Shown here piece by piece: positions 1-8,962 of a stretch of DNA of 64,000 nucleotides. The stretch lies in NCBI RefSeq assembly GCF_024223415.1, contig NZ_CP100500.1; one strand, written 5' to 3'. Each line of letters begins with the position of its first letter. Position 1 is the stretch's first letter. A program made the position numbers and the translations under genes. This DNA comes from Escherichia coli. GTDB lineage: Bacteria > Pseudomonadota > Gammaproteobacteria > Enterobacterales > Enterobacteriaceae. The notes below the pieces were generated by a model that saw only the letters and a program-made list of their open reading frames with translations, was not told where the DNA came from and did no database searches.

Positions 1-301
1 TGCATGGCGCAGTACGCCGGAAGAACTGGCTGCACGGATTGCGCGTGGTGACAGCAAGCTGGAAAAATATGAAGACCAGGCAGGCTTCAGCAAAGTTGCG
101 ACCCTGCAAGATATTAAAGATAACGACTACGTGCTGACGCCGGGCCGCTATGTGGGTGCAGCCGAGCAGGAAGAGGACGGCGTGGCATTTGAGACAAAAA
201 TGCGGGAGTTGTCGAAGACGTTGTTTGAGCAGATGAAGCAGGCGGAAGAACTGGATTGTGCGATTCGCCAGAATCTGGAGGCGCTGGGTTATGGGGAGTA
301 A
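1..301 (+). CDS. hsdM: Type I restriction-modification methyltransferase subunit HsdM, C-terminal 99 codons only (5' end lies upstream of window)
   Basis: Open frame from window edge to TAA at 299-301; translation ...IKDNDYVLTPGRYVGAAEQEEDGVAFE... resembles HsdM C-terminal region; immediately followed by an overlapping hsdS start. Confidence 0.75.
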   Translation, partial: AWRSTPEELAARIARGDSKLEKYEDQAGFSKVATLQDIKDNDYVLTPGRYVGAAEQEEDGVAFETKMRELSKTLFEQMKQAEELDCAIRQNLEALGYGE

Positions 302-1604
302 TGCTATTACAACAATAATTGGTGAACACTTGCTGATTAGAAATGGCAAATCTTCGCCATCAAGAGCCATAACAGGAGAATATCCTGTTTATGGTTCAAA
401 TGGAATAATAGGTTATTCAGATGAATATAACGCTAATGAAAATACAATAATTATCGGGCGTGTTGGGTCATATTGTGGTTCAGTTTATATTTCCGATAAA
501 AAATGTTGGGTCACTGATAATGCAATAATTGGAACCGCAAAGAATGAAAATGAAAGTCATTTTTGGTTCTATCTTTTAAAAAAAATAGATTTGAACAATT
601 ATAGTACTGGTTCAGGCCAACCTCTCATTAACCAAACAATAATTAATACAATATCCGTTACCATTCCTAAGCTCAGTGAGAAAAGAGTAGCCATTGGACA
701 TTTTTTACGCCACTTTGATCAAAAGATAAATTTATCTCTTAATATCAATCAATCCTTGGAACAAATGTCCCAAACCTTGTTCAAATCCTGGTTTGTGGAT
801 TTCGATCCGGTGATTGATAACGCGCTGGACGCGGGAAACCCAATCCCGGAAGCGATGCAATCTCGCGCAGAACTGCGTCAAAAAGTACGTAATAGTGCAG
901 ATTTTAAACCGCTTCTAGCGGAAATCCGCTCGCTTTTCCCAAGTGAATTTGAAGAAACCGAACCAGGATGGTTACCTAAGGGCTGGAAACATGGTAATTT
1001 AAATGATGTCACGAAGATCTTAAGTGGGTTTGCTTTTAAGAGTAAAGACTTTGGTGATGAAGGTAAAAGTGTCATAAAAATAAAGAACATTAATATCGAT
1101 AAAACAATTGATATAGATCATACTCAAAAAATTTCTGATATCGTAGCCAAAGACGTAAAGCGTTTTCAATTATTTGATGCCGATATTTTGATGGCTATGA
1201 CTGGTGCCACGGTCGGTAAATTTGGAATATTAGCATCAAAAAATCATGAAGAATATTATCTTAACCAACGAGTTGCGAAGTTTGAAACAGATAAAAAAGC
1301 TTACCTTTATTGTATATTGAATCAAGAAAGTACCGAAAGATTTATAATCAATACAGCTCAGGGCAGTGCACAACCAAATATCAGTGCTAAAGATATTTTA
1401 AGTATTCCACTCACACTACCATCAAACGAAATAATAACTATATTCAATACATTTGTTGATCCTTTATTCTACAGAATGATAGCGAATACAAAAGTTAGTT
1501 TAAGTCTAACAGAACTCCGCGACACCTTGCTCCCAAAACTCATCTCCGGCGAGCTCTCCCTGGAAGATCTTCCGGATCTCAGCACCAATACAGAAGCCGC
1601 ATAA
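291..1604 (+). CDS. hsdS: Type I R-M specificity subunit HsdS (two AT-rich target-recognition domains flanking a conserved central region)
   Basis: ORF track 258..1604; ATG at 291 overlaps the hsdM stop (preferred start, 258 is an alternative). Central conserved segment LFKSWFVDFDPV and C-terminal LPKLISGEL repeat typical of HsdS; TRD-like AT-rich blocks on both sides. Confidence 0.8.
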   Translation: MGSNAITTIIGEHLLIRNGKSSPSRAITGEYPVYGSNGIIGYSDEYNANENTIIIGRVGSYCGSVYISDKKCWVTDNAIIGTAKNENESHFWFYLLKKIDLNNYSTGSGQPLINQTIINTISVTIPKLSEKRVAIGHFLRHFDQKINLSLNINQSLEQMSQTLFKSWFVDFDPVIDNALDAGNPIPEAMQSRAELRQKVRNSADFKPLLAEIRSLFPSEFEETEPGWLPKGWKHGNLNDVTKILSGFAFKSKDFGDEGKSVIKIKNINIDKTIDIDHTQKISDIVAKDVKRFQLFDADILMAMTGATVGKFGILASKNHEEYYLNQRVAKFETDKKAYLYCILNQESTERFIINTAQGSAQPNISAKDILSIPLTLPSNEIITIFNTFVDPLFYRMIANTKVSLSLTELRDTLLPKLISGELSLEDLPDLSTNTEAA

Positions 1605-1612
1605 CGCATTTT

Positions 1613-1637
1613 GCCCCTGTAAAATCAGGGGCTTTCT
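1613..1637 (+). terminator. Stem-loop GCCCCTG-TAAAAT-CAGGGGC followed by TTTCT, immediately after hsdS stop
   Basis: Perfect 7-bp inverted repeat with 6-nt loop and short T-run seen directly in sequence; would separate hsdMS from hsdR transcription. Confidence 0.4.
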
Positions 1638-1698
1638 GGTAAGGTTTTCTACTGATACGGGAATGCTTACCAGAAATTAGCCAGGGTTGGAGCGCGAT

Positions 1699-4600
1699 AT
1701 GAGTCTCTCTTTCAGTGAAGCAAAATTAGAACAAGCGATCATTGAACTGCTGCAGGATCAGGGATATCAACACCTGATCGGCGATAATGTCCCACGTTCA
1801 AGTCTCGATCAGGTCATCATCGAAGACGATCTCCGTCATTATTTAGCGGCACGCTACCAGCCTGATGGCATTACTGAAGAAGAGATTCAACGGCTGATCA
1901 AACAGTTCACCACGCTTCCGGCCTCCGACCTTTATGAAAGCAACAAAACATTTTGTCGCTGGCTGGCAAATGGTTTTCTGTTCAAACGCGACGATCGGCA
2001 ACAAAAAGATCTCTATATTGAATTGCTCGACACCCGGCATCTACCCGCCGCACTGCGCCAGATATTTGACACCGACGATGTCCCGTTGCAACAGGCGGCG
2101 GAACTCCCGCCTTCCTATATTAATCCGCCGCTTAACCGGATTAAGATTGTTAACCAGCTTAAAATCTCCGGTAAAGATAATCAGACTCGTATTCCTGACG
2201 GCATTCTCTATATCAACGGTCTGCCACTGGTCGTCTTTGAATTTAAAAGTGCGGTGCGCGAGCAAGAAGCCAGTATTGGCGATGCCTGGAAGCAGCTCTG
2301 TAAACGCTATCGCCGGGATATTCCGCAACTGTTTATCTACAACGCGCTCTGCGTTATCAGCGATGGCGTAAATAACCGGATGGGCAACCTGTTTGCGCCC
2401 TATGAATACTTTTACTCATGGCGCAAAGTCACCGGTAATGAAAACCGTGAACAGGACGGAATTCCATCATTGCACTCAATGATTCAGGGGCTGTTTCATC
2501 CGGTACGTCTGCTGGACGTGATTAAAAACTTTATCTGCTTCCCGGATAAAGCCAAGCACGAAGTAAAAATTTGCTGCCGATATCCGCAGTACTATGCCGC
2601 CCGCAAACTCTATTACAGCATCAAGCAAGCGCGTAAACCTTTCGGTAGCGGTAAAGGCGGCACCTACTTTGGCGCAACGGGCTGTGGCAAAAGTTACACC
2701 ATGCAATTTTTAACGCGTCTTTTGATGAAGAGCGTGGAGTTTGCCAGCCCGACCATTGTTTTGATCACCGACCGCACCGATCTGGACGATCAGCTTTCTG
2801 CGCAAATGTGCAACGCCAAAAATTACATTGGCGACGACACCATCGTTCCTGTTACCAGCCGTGAAGATTTGCGTAATCAACTGGCGGGACGCAATAGTGG
2901 CGGTGTATTCCTGACAACGATCCATAAATTCACCGAAGACACCGAACTCCTTTCTGAACGCAGCAATATCATTTGCATCTCGGACGAAGCACATCGCAGC
3001 CAGGTTAACCTCGACCAGAAAGTCATCGTCGATAAAGAAAGCGGAAAAGTGCGCAAAACTTATGGCTTTGCGAAATACCTGCACGATTCACTGCCAAACG
3101 CCACCTATGTTGGCTTTACCGGCACACCGATTGACGCGACGCTCGATGTCTTCGGTGAGGTGATCGACAGTTACACCATGACCGAATCCGTTCAGGATGA
3201 AATCACTGTACGCATCGTGTACGAAGGCCGTGCGGCTAAAGTGATCCTGGACTCCAGTAAACTGGAAGAAGTTGAAAAGTATTACGAAGAGTGCGCAAAC
3301 GCAGGCACCAATGAGTGGCAAATCGACGAAAGCAAAAAAGCCACCGCAACCATGAATGCGGTACTGGGTGATGAAGATCGGTTAAAAGCCCTCGCGGAAG
3401 ATTTTGCCAAACATTATGAAAAACGCGTAGACGAAGGTTCCACCGTAAAAGGCAAAGCCATGTTTGTTTGTGCCAGCCGTGAAATTGCCTGGGATTTCTA
3501 CCGTCAGCTTAAAGCTATTCGCCCTGCCTGGTTTGAAGTGAAGCAAGCACCCGATGGCGTCGTCCTGACGGAACAGGAGCAGAAAGAGTTACCGCCTTCA
3601 GAAATGGTGAAGATGGTCATGACGCGCGGTAAAGATGACGACGAGGCGCTTTATGATTTACTGGGCACAAAAGAATATCGTAAAGAGCTGGATAAACAGT
3701 TTAAAAACGCTAAATCGAATTTCAAAATTGCCATTGTTGTTGATATGTGGCTGACCGGTTTCGACGTCCCGGAACTGGATACCATCTATATTGATAAACC
3801 CTTACAAAAACATAATCTTATCCAGACCATTTCTCGCGTTAACCGTAAACTGGAAGGCAAAAGTAAAGGGTTAGTGGTGGACTACATCGGCATTAAAAGT
3901 CAGATGAACCAGGCACTGGCAATGTATTCCCGCATTGATGCCACCAACTTTGAAGATATTCAGCAATCGGTAATAGAAGTTAAAAACCATCTCGATTTGT
4001 TGGGGCAAGTCTTTTACGAATTTGACAGTCGGGATTATTTTAGTGGTGAGCCACAAGCGCAATTATCCTGCCTCAACCGCGCGGCGGAATTTGTTCTGCG
4101 TACCCAGAAAGTTGAACGTCGTTTTATGGGACTGGTTAAACGCATGAAAGCCGCCTACGACGTCTGCTGCGGCAGCGAAGCATTATCACAGACAGAACGT
4201 GACTATATTCACTATTATCTTGCTGTTCGTTCAATTGTTTTCAAACTGACGAAAGGTGACGCACCGGATGTCACCCAGATGAATGCACGCGTTCGTGAAA
4301 TGATTGCAGAAGCGTTAAAAGCTGATGGCGTAGAAGAGATTTATTTTCTTGGCGATAAAAAAGCGGAATCCATCGATATTTTTGACGAAGATTATCTGGC
4401 ACGAATTAACAAGATCAAACTTCCGGCAACGAAGATCCAGTTATTACAAAAATTACTGGAAAAAGCGATCAGCGACTTCAAGAAAGTGAACCAGTTGCAA
4501 GGGATTAACTTCACCCGCCGCTTCCAGGCAATTATAGATCGTTATAATGAGCGGCGAGAAGATGATGTACTCAACGGTGAAGAATTCGATACATTCAGTC

Positions 4601-4962
4601 AGGAAATGACCGATATTATCTATGATATTAAAACCGAAATGGGCACCTGGGCCGATTTAGGCATTGATATTGAAGAAAAAGCGTTTTTCGACATTCTTGC
4701 TCATATGCGCGATAAATATCAGTTCACCTATGACGATGAAAAAATGCTGTCACTGGCAAAAGAGATGAAAAGCGTGGTTGACAACACATCGAAATATCCT
4801 GACTGGAGTAAACGTGATGATATTAAAGCGAAACTGAAAGTTGAACTTATTCTGCTTCTACACAAGCATAAGTTCCCGCCAGTAGCGAATGATGATGTTT
4901 ATATGGGTGTGCTGGCACAGGCAGAGAATTTTAAAGAACACCATATGAGTGCTTTAAATTAA
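1699..4962 (+). CDS. hsdR: Type I restriction enzyme R subunit HsdR (PD-(D/E)xK nuclease plus SF2 helicase motor)
   Basis: ORF track 1687..4962 (TTG); ATG at 1699 with GGAG 7 nt upstream preferred. Motifs: nuclease LPLVVFEFK, helicase motif I GATGCGKS, motif II ISDEAHRSQ, motif III FTGTPID. About 1087 aa. Confidence 0.85.
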   Translation: MSLSFSEAKLEQAIIELLQDQGYQHLIGDNVPRSSLDQVIIEDDLRHYLAARYQPDGITEEEIQRLIKQFTTLPASDLYESNKTFCRWLANGFLFKRDDRQQKDLYIELLDTRHLPAALRQIFDTDDVPLQQAAELPPSYINPPLNRIKIVNQLKISGKDNQTRIPDGILYINGLPLVVFEFKSAVREQEASIGDAWKQLCKRYRRDIPQLFIYNALCVISDGVNNRMGNLFAPYEYFYSWRKVTGNENREQDGIPSLHSMIQGLFHPVRLLDVIKNFICFPDKAKHEVKICCRYPQYYAARKLYYSIKQARKPFGSGKGGTYFGATGCGKSYTMQFLTRLLMKSVEFASPTIVLITDRTDLDDQLSAQMCNAKNYIGDDTIVPVTSREDLRNQLAGRNSGGVFLTTIHKFTEDTELLSERSNIICISDEAHRSQVNLDQKVIVDKESGKVRKTYGFAKYLHDSLPNATYVGFTGTPIDATLDVFGEVIDSYTMTESVQDEITVRIVYEGRAAKVILDSSKLEEVEKYYEECANAGTNEWQIDESKKATATMNAVLGDEDRLKALAEDFAKHYEKRVDEGSTVKGKAMFVCASREIAWDFYRQLKAIRPAWFEVKQAPDGVVLTEQEQKELPPSEMVKMVMTRGKDDDEALYDLLGTKEYRKELDKQFKNAKSNFKIAIVVDMWLTGFDVPELDTIYIDKPLQKHNLIQTISRVNRKLEGKSKGLVVDYIGIKSQMNQALAMYSRIDATNFEDIQQSVIEVKNHLDLLGQVFYEFDSRDYFSGEPQAQLSCLNRAAEFVLRTQKVERRFMGLVKRMKAAYDVCCGSEALSQTERDYIHYYLAVRSIVFKLTKGDAPDVTQMNARVREMIAEALKADGVEEIYFLGDKKAESIDIFDEDYLARINKIKLPATKIQLLQKLLEKAISDFKKVNQLQGINFTRRFQAIIDRYNERREDDVLNGEEFDTFSQEMTDIIYDIKTEMGTWADLGIDIEEKAFFDILAHMRDKYQFTYDDEKMLSLAKEMKSVVDNTSKYPDWSKRDDIKAKLKVELILLLHKHKFPPVANDDVYMGVLAQAENFKEHHMSALN

Positions 4963-4969
4963 TTATGAA

Positions 4970-4995
4970 GGCCGGATACACTTTGTTATCCGGCC
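4970..4995 (+). terminator. Perfect palindrome GGCCGGATA-CACTTTGT-TATCCGGCC downstream of hsdR (terminator or REP-like hairpin)
   Basis: 9-bp inverted repeat with 8-nt loop seen in sequence 8 nt after hsdR stop; no strong T-run, so function uncertain. Confidence 0.35.
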
Positions 4996-5083
4996 ATTCT
5001 GAATTAACGTTAATTTCTCTTCCAGATCTTTCCAGTAACGCTTTTATTATTTTCTATTTTTAGCTGGACTATCCCTGTATTTA

Positions 5084-5099
5084 CTGATGATATATCCAG
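5084..5099 (+). promoter_or_regulatory. Putative LexA (SOS) box CTGATGATATATCCAG upstream of symE
   Basis: Matches CTG-N10-CAG architecture with AT-rich centre; symE is a known SOS-induced gene in K-12. Confidence 0.4.
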
Positions 5100-5103
5100 G
5101 TAT

Positions 5104-5181
5104 TTAGCGCGGTGCGGATGTGCGCCAACACACCCGCACCGCTCATCACAATCACTATTTTCAAGGAATAGCAGTTATGAC
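5104..5181 (-). ncRNA. symR: SymR antisense sRNA (antitoxin of type I TA pair symER); coordinates approximate
   Basis: By position only: region antisense to symE 5' UTR and start codon, includes inverted repeat GCGGTGCGG...CCGCACCGC (5108-5142). Ends not determinable from sequence. Confidence 0.35.
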
Positions 5182-5515
5182 TGACACGCATTCTATTGCA
5201 CAACCGTTCGAAGCAGAAGTCTCCCCGGCAAATAACCGCCAATTAACCGTGAGTTATGCGAGTCGCTACCCGGATTACAGCCGTATTCCCGCCATCACTC
5301 TGAAAGGTCAGTGGCTGGAAGCCGCCGGTTTTGCTACCGGCACGGCGGTAGATGTCAAAGTGATGGACGGCTGTATTGTCCTCACCGCCCAACCACCCGC
5401 CGCCGAAGAGAGCGAACTGATGCAGTCGCTACGCCAGGTGTGCAAACTGTCGGCACGTAAACAAAAGCAGGTGCAGGAGTTTATTGGGGTGATTAGTAGC
5501 AAAACGCCACGCTAA
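5177..5515 (+). CDS. symE: SymE, SOS-induced toxin-like protein (type I toxin-antitoxin)
   Basis: ORF track 5120..5515; internal ATG at 5177 preceded by AGGAA gives the 112-aa product [15 protein letters not shown]... matching my recollection of K-12 SymE. Confidence 0.85.
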   Translation: MTDTHSIAQPFEAEVSPANNRQLTVSYASRYPDYSRIPAITLKGQWLEAAGFATGTAVDVKVMDGCIVLTAQPPAAEESELMQSLRQVCKLSARKQKQVQEFIGVISSKTPR

Positions 5516-5523
5516 GTTTCTCT

Positions 5524-5546
5524 CCCCTTCCCCATACGTGAAGGGG
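5524..5546. terminator. Hairpin CCCCTTC-(9 nt)-GAAGGGG between convergent symE and yjiS
   Basis: 7-bp inverted repeat seen in sequence between two convergent stop codons; no clear U-run on either strand. Confidence 0.3.
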
Positions 5547-5557
5547 AATTGCCCCCA

Positions 5558-5722
5558 TCACTCCACATCCTCCTTGCGTAACCCAATATCCCTCAACCGT
5601 TCATCACTCATTTGCTGTAACACTCGTCGGGTCTGCATTTGTCGCCGCCAACGCCTCACCGCCTGCCAGAGTTGCACAAGTCTGATAAACGGCGTTTTGG
5701 CTTTGTTTTCGTGAAATTCCAT
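5558..5722 (-). CDS. yjiS: Small DUF1127-family protein YjiS (54 aa)
   Basis: Hand-translated minus-strand ORF MEFHENKAKTPFIRLVQLWQAVRRWRRQMQTRRVLQQMSDERLRDIGLRKEDVE; below the ORF-track length cutoff; matches recalled K-12 YjiS. Confidence 0.75.
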   Translation of the reverse strand: MEFHENKAKTPFIRLVQLWQAVRRWRRQMQTRRVLQQMSDERLRDIGLRKEDVE

Positions 5723-5898
5723 CTGCTGCCTCCTCATCTTTCAGAGGCTTCATCATCCGCCTTCTGGCAGTTCACAATACAGATGCAAATATTAGTTTTA
5801 TTTAACATACAGACAGGTTAAAACAGCATCTGCATCCGGTTTTTTAGCCTCATCTGTACCGGTTTTTCTCTCTGTATGGTCTAAATAAGGAATACAGC

Positions 5899-7311
5899 AT
5901 GACGCGTTATCAACATCTGGCAACTCTGCTTGCCGAGCGGATTGAGCAAGGGCTGTATCGTCACGGGGAGAAATTGCCGTCGGTGCGCAGCTTAAGTCAG
6001 GAGCACGGCGTCAGCATCAGCACCGTGCAGCAGGCGTATCAGACGCTGGAGACGATGAAGCTCATCACTCCGCAGCCGCGTTCGGGGTATTTTGTCGCAC
6101 AACGTAAAGCCCAGCCGCCAGTGCCGCCGATGACGCGTCCGGTGCAGCGCCCGGTGGAAATTACCCAGTGGGATCAGGTACTGGATATGCTGGAGGCGCA
6201 TAGCGACAGTTCCATTGTTCCGTTAAGCAAAAGCACGCCGGATGTCGAAACGCCCAGCCTGAAACCACTCTGGCGGGAGCTAAGCCGGGTGGTACAGCAT
6301 AATCTGCAAACCGTTCTCGGTTATGACTTGCTAGCCGGTCAGCGGGTATTGCGCGAGCAGGTTGCCCGCCTGATGCTCGACAGCGGCTCGGTGGTCACCG
6401 CCGATGACATCATTATCACCAGCGGCTGCCATAACTCGATGTCGCTGGCGTTAATGGCGGTGTGTAAACCGGGCGATATTGTCGCGGTCGAATCCCCCTG
6501 TTATTACGGTTCGATGCAGATGCTGCGCGGCATGGGTGTGAAAGTGATTGAAATCCCAACCGATCCAGAAACTGGCATCAGCGTTGAAGCGCTGGAACTG
6601 GCGCTGGAACAGTGGCCGATTAAAGGCATCATTCTGGTGCCAAACTGTAATAATCCGCTGGGATTTATTATGCCGGACGCGCGCAAACGGGCCGTTCTCT
6701 CTCTCGCTCAGCGTCATGATATTGTGATTTTTGAAGATGATGTCTACGGCGAACTGGCAACGGAGTATCCGCGCCCGCGGACCATTCATTCCTGGGATAT
6801 CGACGGGCGAGTGCTGTTGTGCAGCTCGTTCAGTAAAAGTATTGCTCCAGGCCTGCGGGTGGGTTGGGTCGCACCGGGGCGCTATCACGATAAACTGCTG
6901 CATATGAAATACGCCATCAGCAGCTTTAATGTACCGTCCACGCAAATGGCGGCGGCAACGTTTGTGCTGGAAGGTCACTATCATCGCCATATCCGGCGGA
7001 TGCGGCAGATCTATCAGCGCAATTTGGCGCTTTATACCTGCTGGATACGGGAATATTTTCCCTGCGAAATCTGTATTACGCGCCCGAAAGGCGGATTTTT
7101 ACTGTGGATCGAATTGCCTGAACAGGTCGATATGGTCTGCGTCGCGCGGCAGCTATACCGCATGAAAATCCAGGTGGCGGCAGGCTCGATTTTCTCGGCT
7201 TCCGGCAAATACCGTAATTGTCTACGTATCAACTGCGCTTTGCCGCTCAACGAAACCTATCGCGAAGCACTGAAGCAAATTGGCGAGGCCGTGTATCGGG
7301 CAATGGAATAA
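5899..7311 (+). CDS. yjiR: MocR-type transcriptional regulator (GntR HTH fused to aminotransferase-like domain)
   Basis: 470-aa ORF; N-terminal GntR-type HTH (LPSVRSLSQEHGVSISTVQQAY) and class I aminotransferase-like C-terminal domain. Confidence 0.9.
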   Translation: MTRYQHLATLLAERIEQGLYRHGEKLPSVRSLSQEHGVSISTVQQAYQTLETMKLITPQPRSGYFVAQRKAQPPVPPMTRPVQRPVEITQWDQVLDMLEAHSDSSIVPLSKSTPDVETPSLKPLWRELSRVVQHNLQTVLGYDLLAGQRVLREQVARLMLDSGSVVTADDIIITSGCHNSMSLALMAVCKPGDIVAVESPCYYGSMQMLRGMGVKVIEIPTDPETGISVEALELALEQWPIKGIILVPNCNNPLGFIMPDARKRAVLSLAQRHDIVIFEDDVYGELATEYPRPRTIHSWDIDGRVLLCSSFSKSIAPGLRVGWVAPGRYHDKLLHMKYAISSFNVPSTQMAAATFVLEGHYHRHIRRMRQIYQRNLALYTCWIREYFPCEICITRPKGGFLLWIELPEQVDMVCVARQLYRMKIQVAAGSIFSASGKYRNCLRINCALPLNETYREALKQIGEAVYRAME

Positions 7312-7427
7312 ATTCGAATTAGTGGCGAAGCACCTGATTTATTCTCACGAATCGCCTGTGACTCGTTTTATCTTTGCAGGATCATAGCCACGTTCCGGCA
7401 TGGCTTAGTAAAGTGCGCTTCGTTCAT

Positions 7428-7526
7428 GCCGGATGCGGCGTGAACGCCTTATCCGGCTTACAAATCGCGCAAATTCAATAGATTGCAGAGGTAATGTAGG
7501 TCTGATAAGCGTAGCACATCAGGCAG
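7428..7526. repeat. BIME: two REP elements (GCCGGATGCGGCGTGAACGCCTTATCCGGC... and TGTAGGTCTGATAAGCGTAGCACATCAGGCA)
   Basis: Canonical enterobacterial REP consensus recognisable by eye between convergent yjiR and rpnD. Confidence 0.6.
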
Positions 7527-7551
7527 CTTTGCGTTTGTCATCAGTCTCTGA

Positions 7552-8496
7552 TTAGTACTCGATCCATGGATCGCGCTTGCTTTCAGGCAAGGGTTGCTCT
7601 AATGCCTGCATTTGCTCTGCCGAAAGTCCAGTATATCGTTGTATCCATTCAGGATCCGCACCGTTCTGCAAAAGCAATCTAAGGAGGCGTTGTTCCCCTT
7701 CTTCTTTCCCCTTTTCCATCCCTAACAGCCATCCATCATTATGAATTCGCTCTGCAATCGTCATTATTCGCTCCCTGTGTTGTGGCATTCGACTGGTTAG
7801 TTCGCTGATAAACTCTTTAAAACTCGCTTCATCGCCAGCCAGTAAAATGTAATTTAACAGCGCGGTTATCTGGCTGTCATTAGCGCACCCTGTAACCAGT
7901 AATACTGCCAGTTGATCAATAAGCCCCATTAGATCGCGCTGGCGAATATGCTTTTGGATCAACTCCAACAGGGCGACTCTGCGGTGCTGCACAATCTCGT
8001 CGTCTGGCACGACAGTGATATCCACCAGCGGGAACGCGGCATTATAAAGTTTCCGTGCGGTAGTCGGGTCGGCAAATTCGTCCAGCCAGCACAGGGACCA
8101 GGGGTAAGGACTACGGCTACCGTGATAAAACAGCATCGGGATGACCAGCGGTAGCTGCCGGCGTTTATCATGCTCGATATGGCGCTGCATCACCGCCATG
8201 GAATAGCGCATCAGGCGAAAGGCCATATGAATATCCTCACGGCTCTGATGTTCAATCACCACATAAATATAGCCATCGCCTTCGCGGGTCTTTACCGACC
8301 ACAGAATATCGGAATGTAGCGCCCGCAATTTTTCATCGACAAAGCTGGCGGATTCCAGTTTTAAGCTGTCGAGATCGCACAGTTCCCGTAAATCTTTAGG
8401 TAAGTGGATCTCCATAAAATCCCGCGCGGTGTCAGGGTGCATGAGAAAGGATTTAAATAATGCGTCATGCGGCGTGCTGGTCGTGAAGTTTGTCAT
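7552..8496 (-). CDS. rpnD: Rpn-family recombination-promoting nuclease (YhgA-like), intact 314 aa
   Basis: 314-aa ORF with YhgA-like N-terminal nuclease region ([23 protein letters not shown]); position corresponds to K-12 yjiP/yjiQ. Confidence 0.8.
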   Translation of the reverse strand: MTNFTTSTPHDALFKSFLMHPDTARDFMEIHLPKDLRELCDLDSLKLESASFVDEKLRALHSDILWSVKTREGDGYIYVVIEHQSREDIHMAFRLMRYSMAVMQRHIEHDKRRQLPLVIPMLFYHGSRSPYPWSLCWLDEFADPTTARKLYNAAFPLVDITVVPDDEIVQHRRVALLELIQKHIRQRDLMGLIDQLAVLLVTGCANDSQITALLNYILLAGDEASFKEFISELTSRMPQHRERIMTIAERIHNDGWLLGMEKGKEEGEQRLLRLLLQNGADPEWIQRYTGLSAEQMQALEQPLPESKRDPWIEY

Positions 8497-8962
8497 GGCG
8501 ATCCGTCACCTGTAGATAAGATGGCCCGACTGTAGCGACTAACAAAACCATTCTCACCCGGCAATTTCTCGTTCCCCGAGGTGCTTTCCAGGCTATTTTT
8601 ATTCTTCTGCAAACGATACATTTTTCCGGAAACAGGCTCGCGTTTTACATGTCCTGTACCCGGCAGATATTCCCCTTTCCACCGCGCTCTTTTGATTAAC
8701 CGCAAATTTTAATTACACTTAAGGTGTATATTTTCTATGCAACCCATCAATTAAAGAGGTGTAATGTGCTGATGACTATTTGTAATCGTTATACATTCTG
8801 ACCTGGAGTCAGAAGGTATTTCTCTGTCTGTGTGTTCACAGGCAGTGTGGTTGATTACATGAAATTCAGTACATTTGTCCTTCTCGCCTACCTTTCGTCA
8901 TTACCGACGGTATTGAATTTCGTTTTCCCCGTTGGGGTTCTCCGGACAAGGAGTTGTTTGTT

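Noticed and set aside
258-290. Upstream start for hsdS at 258 as given in the ORF track
   Set aside because: That start would put 11 codons inside hsdM in another frame; the ATG at 291 overlapping the hsdM stop is the more typical coupled arrangement. Kept as an alternative, not excluded.
114-329. 71-aa minus-strand ORF inside the hsdM 3' end
   Set aside because: Antisense to a well-supported hsdM frame; proline/serine-rich low-complexity translation typical of shadow ORFs.
1843-3321. Several 65- to 145-aa ORFs on both strands within hsdR (for example 1934..2371 +, 2710..3084 -)
   Set aside because: All lie inside the long hsdR frame, which has clear helicase and nuclease motifs; they are alternative-frame or antisense overlaps.
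5639-5821. 60-aa plus-strand ORF between symE and yjiR
   Set aside because: Overlaps the better-supported minus-strand yjiS (5558..5722), has no RBS, and its proline/histidine-rich translation looks like an antisense shadow.
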